A stretch of DNA of 64,000 bases from Fimbriosthenelais zetlandica. Lineage: Eukaryota. The first letter of the stretch is position 1. Each line of letters begins with the position of its first letter. Of the stretch, positions 39,601 through 51,800 are shown piece after piece. The stretch covers positions 20,584,001 to 20,648,000 of the forward strand of contig OZ365113.1 in the NCBI GenBank assembly GCA_977030845.1, written 5' to 3'. The notes beneath the pieces are model-generated. The model did no database searches, had not been told where the DNA came from, and saw only the letters and a program-made list of their open reading frames with translations. The position numbers and the translations under genes were made by a program.

Positions 39601-41223
39601 TAAATTAATGTAGCAGTATATAGGCCCTATTCTATACTTTGTAATGAATGACTGATTCGAAGATAAAAACACTAATGTATGACGCTGTTCACCACCATAG
39701 AAATACAATGATGAAATATATTCTGATTGCCGATACGGTTGTTGCCTGATAGTGTTGAATGAAGAAAAATACTAAATGCCTTTGGGTTCATGTCAAATGA
39801 ACAACATTACTCTTATTCCATTATATATAACCAAGCTTCCTCGTATGAACAACATTACCCACACCTGCCTGCCTCTTTAAGTGGCATTCATTTGGAAGTA
39901 TGATAAAGGCAGAATATGATACATCTAGAAAGCATAGATGGGTTTCGATTGAGATGGAATGTAGAATATGAATGTGCATTAAATCAGGGCCAAAAAAATT
40001 GAATAAGTACATGGTGACAAAAAAGGTCTGAAATGCATTGCCTTATATCAAGTAAATGGGGCAATTTAAGGAGGCGGAGCTTTGGGCTGCGTATATGTAA
40101 CGCTGCCAATGTCCATACTTTGATCCTATGGGGTGTAGTAACATGCTAAGATAACATTAGGCTGGAGCATGTGGGACGCGTACCAACCTAATGACACCCA
40201 TAGACGGAACCTAGAAGAACCTAACCCTTGAGACTTGCCACATAAAACAAACAGATCTGTCAAGCAGGCATATCTGAGGGCCTTTGATTAAAGGTTTCTT
40301 TCGAGGTCGGCGGAGGGGCACGTAGTTTTTTGAGATGCTCTGATTTGCTCAAGATCAGTGATGTACGTGTGTCATGGGGTGACGTATACAGAGCTTCACC
40401 GTAGTCGGTCCACAGTGCTCTTGAGATGTGCTTTAATATGAGACATGGTGATTAGGAGCCAAATCATACTCCACTCTCTAGTATTAAGGCTTAAGAGGAA
40501 GTGTATTTCTTTAATCCAGGGAATAAGAAGATCATCTTGTTATTCAATACGTCTTGAGTTATTTTCTGTCATTTTTTTGGTGTAAATTTCTGGTGTAATA
40601 TATTCTACACAAGGAGGTGACATGATTTACACGATTTACAAGAAAGGTTTAAATAAAGTGGCATTTTGAAGATCACAAAAGCATTTAAATTTGTGAGATG
40701 AAAATCACATCTGAACTGAGATAAACCCAATGAAATTAAAAGGTACAGGAAAGATAATTCATTGCTGACATATTTATATTCCGAGGATATAAATGGTGGG
40801 ACATATATATAGTATCCTATACAACATGGTGATTAGGCCACCCACTCATTCTCAAGCAGGACTGAGCTGAGTCAAAAAGTGATTGATCAACGCTGTAATG
40901 GTAGTAATGGGCTTAAGATGTGAGCATATATGCTACCACTGAAAAAGTTACCAGCCGCCCGCTATACTCCAAATGATGTAAAAATCCAACAATCAGCTTA
41001 TAAAAAGACTCATTTCTATATACTTATCTATACCCGCTTGGCATGGTCTAATATGGAACCCACCTATATTGATAACAAACATAATATAGGATCATTTCCA
41101 TTGAACTTGTATAATATACAATGTCCTTGGTGCAATGTTTTCTCCATCGGCTCAGAAAAAGATACCACAGCCATATTGTCTTCCCTTTCTTCCTAATTAC
41201 TTTCAGATCTGGAGAGGGCCTAG

Positions 41224-41500
41224 ATTATTTTTAGACTGTCGTTAAGAAACTCCCCGAAGAGACTTATATGTCAAGAAGCCGGGATGGGTGGAGAAGTGAG
41301 CTTCGAGGGACAGTATAATAGAAAACTGGAGTCTTTCTACTGGAAATATATTAGAAAGCTCGTAGGCGAATACAAGAGATGTAGAACTTGCATCAAATTG
41401 GTGGACACTTTGTGAGTGCTCTAGATTCTTCCTCGGTCCCTTACGGTTCATTTGTCTCAGGATCTGTTTGCATCCTCTAGCACAATGTGCTATAGTAGTC
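41224..41500 (+). pseudogene. Possible decayed Ty3/Gypsy integrase fragment
   Basis: The plus frame reads ...ESFYWKYIRKLVGEYKRCRTC...(stops)...LPRSLTVHLSQDLF. This resembles the integrase zinc-finger end FYWPxMRKDVxxYVxxCxxC followed by the PxxPW...DLF segment. Spacing is off by one residue and no histidines are visible. Confidence 0.3.
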
Positions 41501-42302
41501 TGACCTTTAAGGAGACGATTTTGATGGAAATATTTTGCATTCCCCACTGGATCTAGCCTATAACTGGTGTAGGCCACAAGCAAAAAAGTCAGCAAAAAAT
41601 GTCGGCGCCTTCCGCTGAGAGGTTTCAGTGTTTTATCACTAAGACCTTCTTCCTCCACCCACTCAAATGACACATTATAAAAGTAATTCCATTATACACG
41701 TGAACTCTTAACGTAGGTATGTGACCCAATGCTGGATCAAAATGTGATTACATTCGCCTTTTGTGTAGGTAGCTTTTATTTTCAGAGGGATCTTGAATAA
41801 TTTTCCTGTACTATTTAGTTGTACTTTCTGAGTCATAGCCGAATATTGGAACGAGTGTTGTGACTCACATTTCCCTATATCTCTAATAAATGGTTGTCAA
41901 TGTTACATTAACACAGTGTGCATACATAACAGAAATCCCTTTAATTTACGCGGTAATTCTTTTTTCTTCTAATTTTGTAAATTCGAATTTCAATGATGTG
42001 TTTTCTTCATACTGAGTGGACGGAGACAAAGGGAGTTTGACTGGCTGGAAGTTAGAAGGAAATTAGTGGGAAGGTTTTGTCAGTAGGGCGTGGGAGCTGC
42101 ATTTCCCTACTAGTATCCAACGGCCTCAAGTCCGGAAATGAGCGCTTGCTTCTGCTGGATGTGATCTTTACCATGTACATTATTGCCTATTGAAGAGGTT
42201 TGTAACTTCCCAATGAAAGTTTTAGTGATTTATTCTTGAAAGTTTTTACCCTATACATCATTGGACTCGGGGTATGATTCTATTATTGAATAGTTGAATA
42301 GT

Positions 42303-43225
42303 TAGCAGCAATTGATGCACATGCAGTTGATGGTCTTGTAGACAAGCTCCACGTGCAAGAATCACTGCAAGAATCACAAGGCAATGATCCCTGGTAGGTA
42401 TCTAAATAGTGTGCCAGGTCATTTGAGGCATCCAGTAGATATTCATGACTTGCAATTCTTGCAAAGTTTCATTCACATGTTGTCCAATGCCTCCCCAAAG
42501 AATCCGGGGTAATAGAAGCCCAGTCACTTACATAGACTCAGGGGTGGTGTTGGGAACCACATTCTGTTGATGGGGATGTCAATTGTTGACTTTTGCCTTA
42601 CTATTCTAGCAACATATCATTTTCTAGCAGCAATTGATGCACCTGCAATTGATGGTCTTGTAAACAAGCTCAACTTGCAAGAATCACTGCAAGAATCACA
42701 AGGCAATGATCCCTGGTATGTATCTAAATAGTGTACCAAATCATTAGAGATATCCAATAGATATTCATGACTTGCAATTCTTGTAAAGTTGCCTACCCGC
42801 CTCATCCAATTCCTCCCCACATGGGAGTGGGCTGGGGTTACAGATACCAGTCACATGTACATGTTCTGGCGTTCTTGGGGCCACAATCTGTTGCAAATGA
42901 GAATGTCAATTGGTGACTTTTGCCTTCCTATTCTAGCAACATATCTTTTTCTAGCAGCAATTGATTCACTTGCAGTTGATGGTCTTGTAGACAAGCTCCA
43001 CTTGCAAGAATCACTGCAAGAATCACAAGGCAATGATCCCTGGTAGATATCTAAATAATGTACCAGGTCATTTGAGATATCCAGTAGATATTCATGACTT
43101 GCAATTCTTGCAAAGTTCATCCCCATGTTGTCCAATGCCTCCCCAACCAGGCCGGGGGTTATAGAAGCCCAGTCACTTACAGGGACGCGGGGGGGGGGGG
43201 GGTGTTGGGACACAATTTTCAAAGT
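42303..43225. repeat. Three-unit tandem repeat, unit about 325 bp
   Basis: Units start with TAGCAGCAATTGAT at 42303, 42625 and 42952 (periods 322 and 327). Each has a highly conserved ~165-bp core followed by a more variable segment. Confidence 0.95.
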
Positions 43226-45987
43226 GGTCAACCCCAAAATATATTCCTCTATACCCGCCTGCATTTATTGAGTCAAGCTAGACAAGCTAGGAAAATGAAA
43301 TAACTGTAAGGTGAGGGAGAAGGGGGAGTGAGAAAGATGAAGGGGAGGAGTAGAAGTCAAGGAGTATAGGTGGTGGCAGCAGATGTTTACTGGGGATGTT
43401 CATCATTAATTCATTACTTACACAGTCGAGTGACTCCTTACCAAGTCTTGCTCGCCCCTGACTTACAACACTAGATCCCAGTATACAGTCTCCCCCGCTC
43501 CCACCACCAACACCACCACCTCACTACCTACCTACCCACCCCCCCCCCCTACCTCACCCTCCCACACACAAAGACTGGTCCATCCCTTATAATACACCGA
43601 CCATCTTCATATGTGGTTAAAAAAAGCTCTTCGATAATGATTCGTTATTATATATCTTTCTAATGATATTCTTTATAAGTTCAAAAGATTAGATTACATA
43701 GATGCATGCATCAATAAAAGATGGTTCATGCTAGGTAGGATTTGGACATATCCATTAATATCCAGAGGGATAATAATATATAGAATGGAAAATGACATTT
43801 TTATGAAGGAATTAATCAAATAAACATCAGATAAAATAATGTAAATAGTTCAGCTAGGGAAAAAACAGAGCTTTCCATGTTTGAGGATTGAATACTGGGA
43901 GCTCTGGGCTAACCGCCAGTAGGAAGACTACGTTTTAATGTCCAGGCCTTCCTCTCAATACCGATCATTCCCAGCCCTGAAAGGTGTCAATGATCACTCA
44001 ATATGGTGGCTGTGGAATGCTCGTACTGGGTGATTGGTAAGAATGGAGTAATCATTGTCATTTATACCCTAATTATTCAGATTTCACACCTTTGCCGGTG
44101 CCGCCAGGGTACCATTCAGAACAAGTTGCTAACAATGGTTTGGCTGTTTGCATCCCCCACATTCCACACCCTTTACGCTGTTAACCCACCCTGACCAATT
44201 TCACTAAAGACAAATTCCTCACCAGAACCACTAACAATAATTCTCTCCCAAAACATGGTCTGTTTACTTAGTGGCAAATTACATGCGGCCAATGAATTAA
44301 AACATTTTTCCAAGTGCAATGCAGACCCCGGTGTTATTGGGATATCGAGCTGAGAGATGCTATCATGACCGTAAATTACTAGAATCGGGAAATTAAAAAA
44401 AGTTTTCAATAAGGCAAATCTGGATGGCTGGAGCCATGGGAGGGATCCATGAGACGGGCCCAGGGAGTTGTGGAGGGTGGACGAGAGGTAAAAATCAATG
44501 CATGCGTACCTAAATGTGATGTCTAACTCTACCACCAACTCGCATCATTTGCCAATTATATCCCCCATAGGTAGGATAATTGGGGGCTGAAAGTACACCC
44601 AACCCTCTCTTTCCATACACTGCAGTCCGGTCTAACGGTTTTGGCGACCAATCGTTGTGCTTTGCAATAGCCACTTCGCTGCTGACCTACTCGACTCCAG
44701 CTTTTGAAGCAGGTAACCGACTGCCTTTTTCAGCCCTGCCTAATCCAGTGATACAGATCGATAAACTCCGATTGAATTGTCTATAACCTACGGGTACCTG
44801 AAGTCAGCCATTGATACTGATCCGATATGTGATAGGGGAAACTTTAGATGCCCATGGGCTCGATGGTTTACAGAGCAGGAACAGAAGTATGAGATAATAA
44901 AATAAAGTATATATGTGGATATTTTTGAACCCATAATGTAGTCAGAAGCACGCACATTCTAAATGTGAAATGTCAAAATATAAAACAGCTAACAATCATC
45001 CCTGAAAAGGAGCTCGGCTGATGAAAGATACTTATTCCCAAAGAAATAACAATTCATCTTATATCTCATCCGAGAAAGTCGTTTTTAAAATTTTGATTAA
45101 ACGGTGATAAAGTATTATCAACATTTCCCATAAAATTCCAACTTTTTTCTTCCTCTTATTTCTCTTACTTCATCTGCTTGAATTAATTATTAAATTTATG
45201 TTAAGCACCAAGAGGAAGAAAATGCGTCAGTGACTTTCTGTCTGGGGGATGGAAAAAGACCATTTAAAATCTAGTTGAATAGGCAGCCTTATCATAAAAC
45301 ATTAGATAAAAAATTGAGCGAAAAAAGACACTGCACAACCTCATCCTAACGGAGTTCTGTCATGCCTGCTTCCTGGCAATGGATGCTGAGTCAACATCAG
45401 GTTTGCTGTTCATGTTTCCAAAAGTTTACACCCACTGCACCCCAGCGCATCTTTGAGGGGTAATTTGCGATTAAAGCAAACAGTTCCATAAGGGGGAAGA
45501 CTTGTATAATTCCTTTATAAGAAAATGTCTGTATAAATATGATGAATGATGTAAAGGAACCACCGTACACGCATCACAATGATGTCGATTTTAAAAGAAA
45601 TTACTAGAGATACTAGTACATTTCTTCTTCATTCAAGTTGTTATCATTGCTGAGGCGTTTGTGCTAAATTCTCTTTCTAGAGTGAATATGAACACCTTGA
45701 AAGGAAATATGAAGTTGTAATGCATTCAGTATTTTCTTCTGGACGATATGCTCTTCTTCAGAAAATTGAATTTCTGGCTCCAATAAAGTGCCTGCTAACA
45801 TTTACAGTGCTTGAGAAAAATCAATGGCAAAGCTTTTACAGGCTCCTTAATGTAAATGGGTAAAGATGCTTTAAAAGTATTTGCGATGGAATGATGGAAT
45901 ATGTGGCATCATGGCACACATCAGTATGGTCATGTTTATCTGTTAAGAATTTTAAACGTTGGTCATGGGGCAAAATATTCGAAAATG

Positions 45988-46148
45988 CAGTCGACCCTTG
46001 CTATGCTGGTCACCTGGAGTTCTGAGCAAAACTGACCATGGTCCAGGTCCGACCACTGTCGGGACAGTTGGATAACTACCTGAGAAAAACTGACTATAAT
46101 TGTGATCTGACCACCTAAGAGACGTGACCACTAAGGGAGAGTGGACTA
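45988..46148. mobile_element. Degenerate Tc1/mariner-pogo-like MITE
   Basis: The left end CAGTCGACCCTTGCTATGCTGGTCAC aligns with the reverse complement of the right end (TAGTCCACTCTCCCTTAGTGGTCAC). TA follows the right end, and GACCA(C) motifs repeat internally. Confidence 0.55.
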
Positions 46149-48827
46149 TATTTTATTCATTAAGGTATTTATTCAATAATTATATTACCATCAGCAATGA
46201 ATACTTGTCATGGTTTTCCCAATTGCTCATGTTTGAGACAGTTCTTCTTAGTGTGACTCAATATGTCTAGTTAATGCCTTTTCTACAAAGACGAATGTAA
46301 GGATAAATTCAATGGGTAAAGAAGCAAATGAAAAGGTAAAGAACAGCCCACAAAAGGGGAGTCAGTGCATAGAATTTGGGATAGATTTAAACCAGTCTAC
46401 CTGCCCCTGATATCATCTTCACTCATCTGTGTATATACATAGAAGATTCAAATGAACAGTTATAACGGCTTATTTTAATCACCACCCAATACTTGAATCC
46501 AGCACCAAACAGGTCATTACTGTTACTAAATCCAATTTTCCCAGCAAAGATAAAAAACAACACAATATGAAGTTAGTCTATAGTGGTGCTGCTTGCTGCT
46601 CTCTTGGAGCTGACCAAAAACCGAGAAAATAAGTAGGTTGCTCCCAAACGTGCCTCCGTTCATGCTTCACTGGAAACGCGCTTTGACAAAGCCGGGAGAG
46701 CCGAACCTCTACCTCCATCGGCACTGTTGTTCAGAACCAGTCAACTGTGGCGTCTGCCATCGGCTGGCCCAGCAATTGGAGGCCGCCTCCCTGCCTTATC
46801 TTAGTTCCAATCAGAATATTGGTGGTCTTTGGTTCTCCCTCTGCCAAACTTTCCAGAAAGAGATGGAGGGAGAGATAAGAGTGGGCAGGTATAGGGTAAA
46901 TGTACAAGCTGGCGCCCACCTGAGCACAACCACGATGGTGGGTGGTGCACTGCTCAGCCGTTCTCTGATGTGGAACGTACAGCCTGCAGCTGCCGCAGTC
47001 CACAGTTGCTTTCTGCTGGGAAAATGCCTACCAGTTTCTAAATTGGCGTGGGAAATGATATGATTGGTGAACATGGTGAATGACAGAGTGATAATTAGAT
47101 GGCGATATATTAAGGCTTTTGGGAGTTTGGGGCGTGTTTCTGTGCTCGGTACAGAGGTGGGTGTGGATGGTTTGCTACAGTCCTGGGAAAATACTCGAGA
47201 TCGGCAATAGGTGTTCTGGGGGGAAGGAAATCGAACTAGGATCCTCACAAACATGGAACGGGAAAGATGAACAGTCATAAATCCCTTGTATAGCTCTATC
47301 CAAGAAACACCTTGTTTAGGACAGTACTTTTTAGCTGAGAAGATATGCTTCCAATGAAGGTATTGGTGCATATTTTGATGTAGTATTATTGGCCTGGATT
47401 ATAAGCTGGCAGTGGGGCATGATTAACGACCCCCTTTTGCTACTAGTTGAGTCAGAGAGTTCATGCACCTTTACCGGTCCTTATCAGACCCCGAATTAAT
47501 ATTTATCTCAATTCTCGCTGGAATGACGTCAATCATTTACATGGTCAACGTTATTTTGTCCGGGTTCACTTAGGTAAGAAGTCATTATATCATGGAGCTC
47601 ACAATGTTTAATACAGTTATCCTGATTAAATCCATTTTCTTTATTTTAAAAGATCATCTGTACTGCAAAATGCCATATCTTTATTCATGAATTCTGGCTC
47701 ATTTTGTTACTTGAGTATGAGATGGTTTGGAGAAACAATGTGGAGGATTTTGGATGGTACTCAAAGAAGTGATGGTATTGAATATGAATATAATAATGGG
47801 GAGAAAGAGCATGTGTTCAACAATCACACTAACCCATTTCCTAACTAAGACTACCTTGTGCATCATACTTCTTTCGTATGTATGGTTATAAGCGTCTGAA
47901 GAAAGGCATTAGATGCATGCACAAGAAACACTAAGTGCTGAGTATGCCACGGATGGTATCGATTCTCAATAAGTATATGTCTGAAAAAAGATCTTCAGAA
48001 CTTGAGAAGCGCTTCCTTTCATGTCTATACTTAATTTAGGAGGGAATTCCAGCGAAAAGGCACCTCGATACATTTGCTACAGAGTCACTGTTATCCATTG
48101 ATCCCCATAGAAAACAAAGGCATAAGAAACCTGCAGGGGAACAGGAAATTGATACGTGCTCAATGATACCTATATTGATTATAGTGCTCTCTTTCTTGGT
48201 AACACATGTGCTCTAAATTCTATTAATCGAATCTGTCTGGGGCTATTATGATGATTTAAATAAAAGAAGGAATTTGTTCAAGGTATGAATAGAAAAGTTA
48301 TCTATCTACAATCAGACATTTCTATCTTCTCGTGAAGTAAACATTTACTGTTGATCTCCGAGGGCACCAAATCGATACTCTCCTGAACCCAATGCCTATA
48401 TCACATATTTATATTATCAATTCAATACAGAAAGCTTTGTATACAGCAGGTACAAGAGCAGTTTTCGATATAAATGATTGCCATGTAGGTCTAATAGGGA
48501 ATTTTTCTGAACAGTCATCACATCACCCTTATCATGACTATACTCAACACTCAAACTATACAAAGCTGCCTTTCTAATGTGCAGCACTAAGCAGCACAAA
48601 GATTTTGCCTCCTTTAAGTGACGAAGTGTGAAATATTTACTAAGAAATCACTCCCAAATGATCCCTGCATCAGCTTGATTATACCTTTTACCATCAAGAC
48701 CTGTTTGGATCAGAATCGGGACTAGAATTTGTTACTCTAGCAATAATAGGTTTCTTATGTGATTTTCCTCTAAATCTCAGCTTGTAATGTTACTCTTTGA
48801 AGTTAGTGTGTTACAGGGTGACCTCCC

Positions 48828-48886
48828 TGTGGTCTACATCATCAATTTTGCTGTCCAATGTGGTCCACGTCATCAATATTGCTGTC
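48828..48886. repeat. Imperfect 31-bp-period tandem duplication
   Basis: TGTGGTCTACATCATCAATTTTGCTGTC and TGTGGTCCACGTCATCAATATTGCTGTC. Confidence 0.8.
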
Positions 48887-51800
48887 AGCTGTCAAAAGCT
48901 GCCTTTAGCGGCAATGCTATCAAATGTAAGTTGAAACAGAATGGGCAGGCAGGCTTTGAAGGACTATAACAGTAGGGGAAAACAGCATGTATCTCTAGGG
49001 TGTCTAAGCGATTTGAAATTAAATTATACACTTAAGCTCAACAGTGATTCCACGACGTTCACTTTCAGATGAACAATCTAGGGACCTGGAGATAAAATCT
49101 AACAACCCAAAAATAATTTGCTTTAAAAGGGAGGCATGAATCTTTCTGATACCCCAGCACTAAATGAGGACTTCCACAAATCAGGCTGTGTAGGTTTAAA
49201 GTAGCTCTTTTCTCTCCGCGTTGGAGTTCAGAGGACACATGGCATTTTCAAGCTGTAGTCGTACTAAAGTATTTGAATAGACCAATTACCAGCAGAGCAG
49301 TAAATGTGGAGGACTGAGAATCAAGCCAAAGAATCCATTGCATGTCTGCACACTATGCCATAGAGGTGTGAAACACTATGAACTACTCTACCCCCCGCTG
49401 TCCGTGCTTTTCACCATAGTGTTTTATCAACGAGTAACACATTATTCTTTGTGTATACACGTCCGATACAGATCGGCTCAATTACAAGGCATTTTTTTTG
49501 TTCTATACATTGCTTCAATGGATGCACGTGATCAAATCACATGTGCCCTATTCTGTCCTACGGTTTCTTTTCTTTATTGAAATTAGTTCCAGTGGAAATG
49601 ATCCGAAGTTTTTTGACAAAGCTACTCAGATGGGGTAATGTGGCACAGAAAGAAGAGTATATTATATTCCCAACTTCCATAGTATAGGAATACAGCGCCA
49701 GTTCTATACGTAATTAACTCTCAATAGCATGATAGTGCCGTTTGCCATACTTCTTTACAAAAACGGTCGATTGCTCTTGTGAGAAACAAGAAGAGAACTG
49801 TACAAGAGCAAGGACAAGAAGGCCGACAAAGATTCCATTCGCAATGGCTGCCTTTTTTATTTCTAGTTTTATCGGGAAGTAATGGCCTTATTATAAGTCT
49901 TGAAATTAGATCCATAATCTTGCAATAATATTTTTTATTTAATTAAGGTATCAAATCATTTATACATGTATTCTCTATCCGCAGGGATATAACTTTTAGT
50001 GAATATTCAATGTTTGTACTCCTTGTCCCGCATAATGCGAAGGTCCTGTTAACCAATGTTAATGTGAGCCGAGTTACATGGAGATCAATCTCAGGGTAGC
50101 CAAGAACCTCAGTCCCATGTAGAAGCCTCAGTGTCCAATTACCCCCACCTACCCACACACATGTATAGAAGCTAACTTTTTACTCTCTGCATGACGGCCA
50201 TACATTCTGCCGCTGAAATTTTCAATGTCGTTCCAAAATGGCAATGGCATCACATTTCCAAATGTACAAACATTTAGCATAGTTTGCATTTTTGTGCAGA
50301 AATTGAAACTACAATGACATATGTGTATTATAACTGGCAAAAAATAAATTGAACATGAATAGTTTCATTGTGCCAAATTTTCTTGTTGAAGAACAGAAAA
50401 ATGAGTTTCCCAATGCATGCTTTCAATTCCTTCCCCATCAAGTTTGGCCTATATAAAGTACTTATGCCGGGCCCACACAGAGGCGATATGCCCAAGCGAT
50501 GCAGAGCGATAGTATATTTCTACTCACAACCAATGCTTGTAATTTTAACAGTCCTTTAAACCGAGCTAAGACTAACCACTGGCAAAATTACATTGGATGT
50601 GATTAGAATTAATATACTATATAAAAACACTGAAAACTCTGGCCTAATCAAATCATATTAATCTATCTCCACTGTATATCATCTTCGGCGAATAACATTG
50701 GTAAGATTTGGGATAGAAAATTTGCCAGGCAGAGAAGTAATAATATTCGGGATGACTTGGAAGTGTTAAAAAGCATCTCCTACTTTAATTAGCTTTGAGA
50801 TGGATTATACTCCCATGTCTCAGCGACAGATGTGTCCATTTCAAACAGGCCAAAACAAAAGGAATCACTGGTGTGCAACTTCAGATGCTACTCCGAATCA
50901 TGAATGTCATTTGTGTGGAATCTCAGAACAGGGTGAAAAGAATGGCAGACGCATTAGGAAAGAAATGTATCAAAAGTTTCAGAAGGGGGAGGCTTTTTGT
51001 GATTCTGTTCTGTCATCTTCCCTTTCCTGCCACTGCCTGGTTGGCTACAGTGACTTCACTGGCTTCACTGACTCAAGGAGATGGTTTTAAAATAGGGAGG
51101 GCACGGTGTTCAGGGTTTTGATAGTGGAAGATGATGGGGGTTATTAAGATGATGACGGGAAGTGATACATTATTTGTTGGTGAACAGCTGCTGGTAATGG
51201 AGGAGGGGTATGTACACTGTAAGACTGTGTCCTACCAGAAAATCAGACGACATCGACTCATTTTCAAGAATGAAATCTCCAAAAAGAAAATGCCTGGTAA
51301 GTACCCAAGGGACTCGCCTGTAATGACTTGTAAATGCCCCAAAACCATTACTCCCCCAGACAATATGAGGCAATGCTGCCAGGTAGAAACCTAGTTTTGA
51401 ATAAGTGTGTCTGAGTGAAAAGGGGAGTGGGATTTGAAGGATGGGGGATGGGGAACAGTAGACCGATTATAGCTAGTGGGAAGTGGAAACCAATGGTTTG
51501 GCGAGAACATTAAAACCATAGCTTCACATAGTCATAAGTCATGGTGGATGGGAGAATTGTCAAACGGAAGGAATTGGGAGTTCTGTTCTGGAGCAAGAGG
51601 AGAGAGAACATGAACAAGAAACTGTGAAAGGCAGTCACTGAAGGTACAAGGATTGAAGGAACTTATATTAGTATAGTGTTACAATTGGTCAAAATACATA
51701 ACTAATATGGAATGGCCCATGTTTACAACTGTAACTAAATGCTAAAGATTGCAGTCGAAATTAATTCTTACATATAGGAATGGTAATATGAATGAATAGG

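Noticed and set aside
42303-43225. Conserved-repeat plus variable-segment layout reminiscent of a CRISPR array
   Set aside because: The units are about 325 bp, the variable parts are homologous to each other, there are no cas genes and the context is eukaryotic.
46638-47371. Longest ORFs in the track (186 aa minus, 141 aa plus)
   Set aside because: They overlap on both strands in a GC-richer patch, show no recognisable domain and have no usable splice sites. More likely regulatory or repeat-derived DNA.
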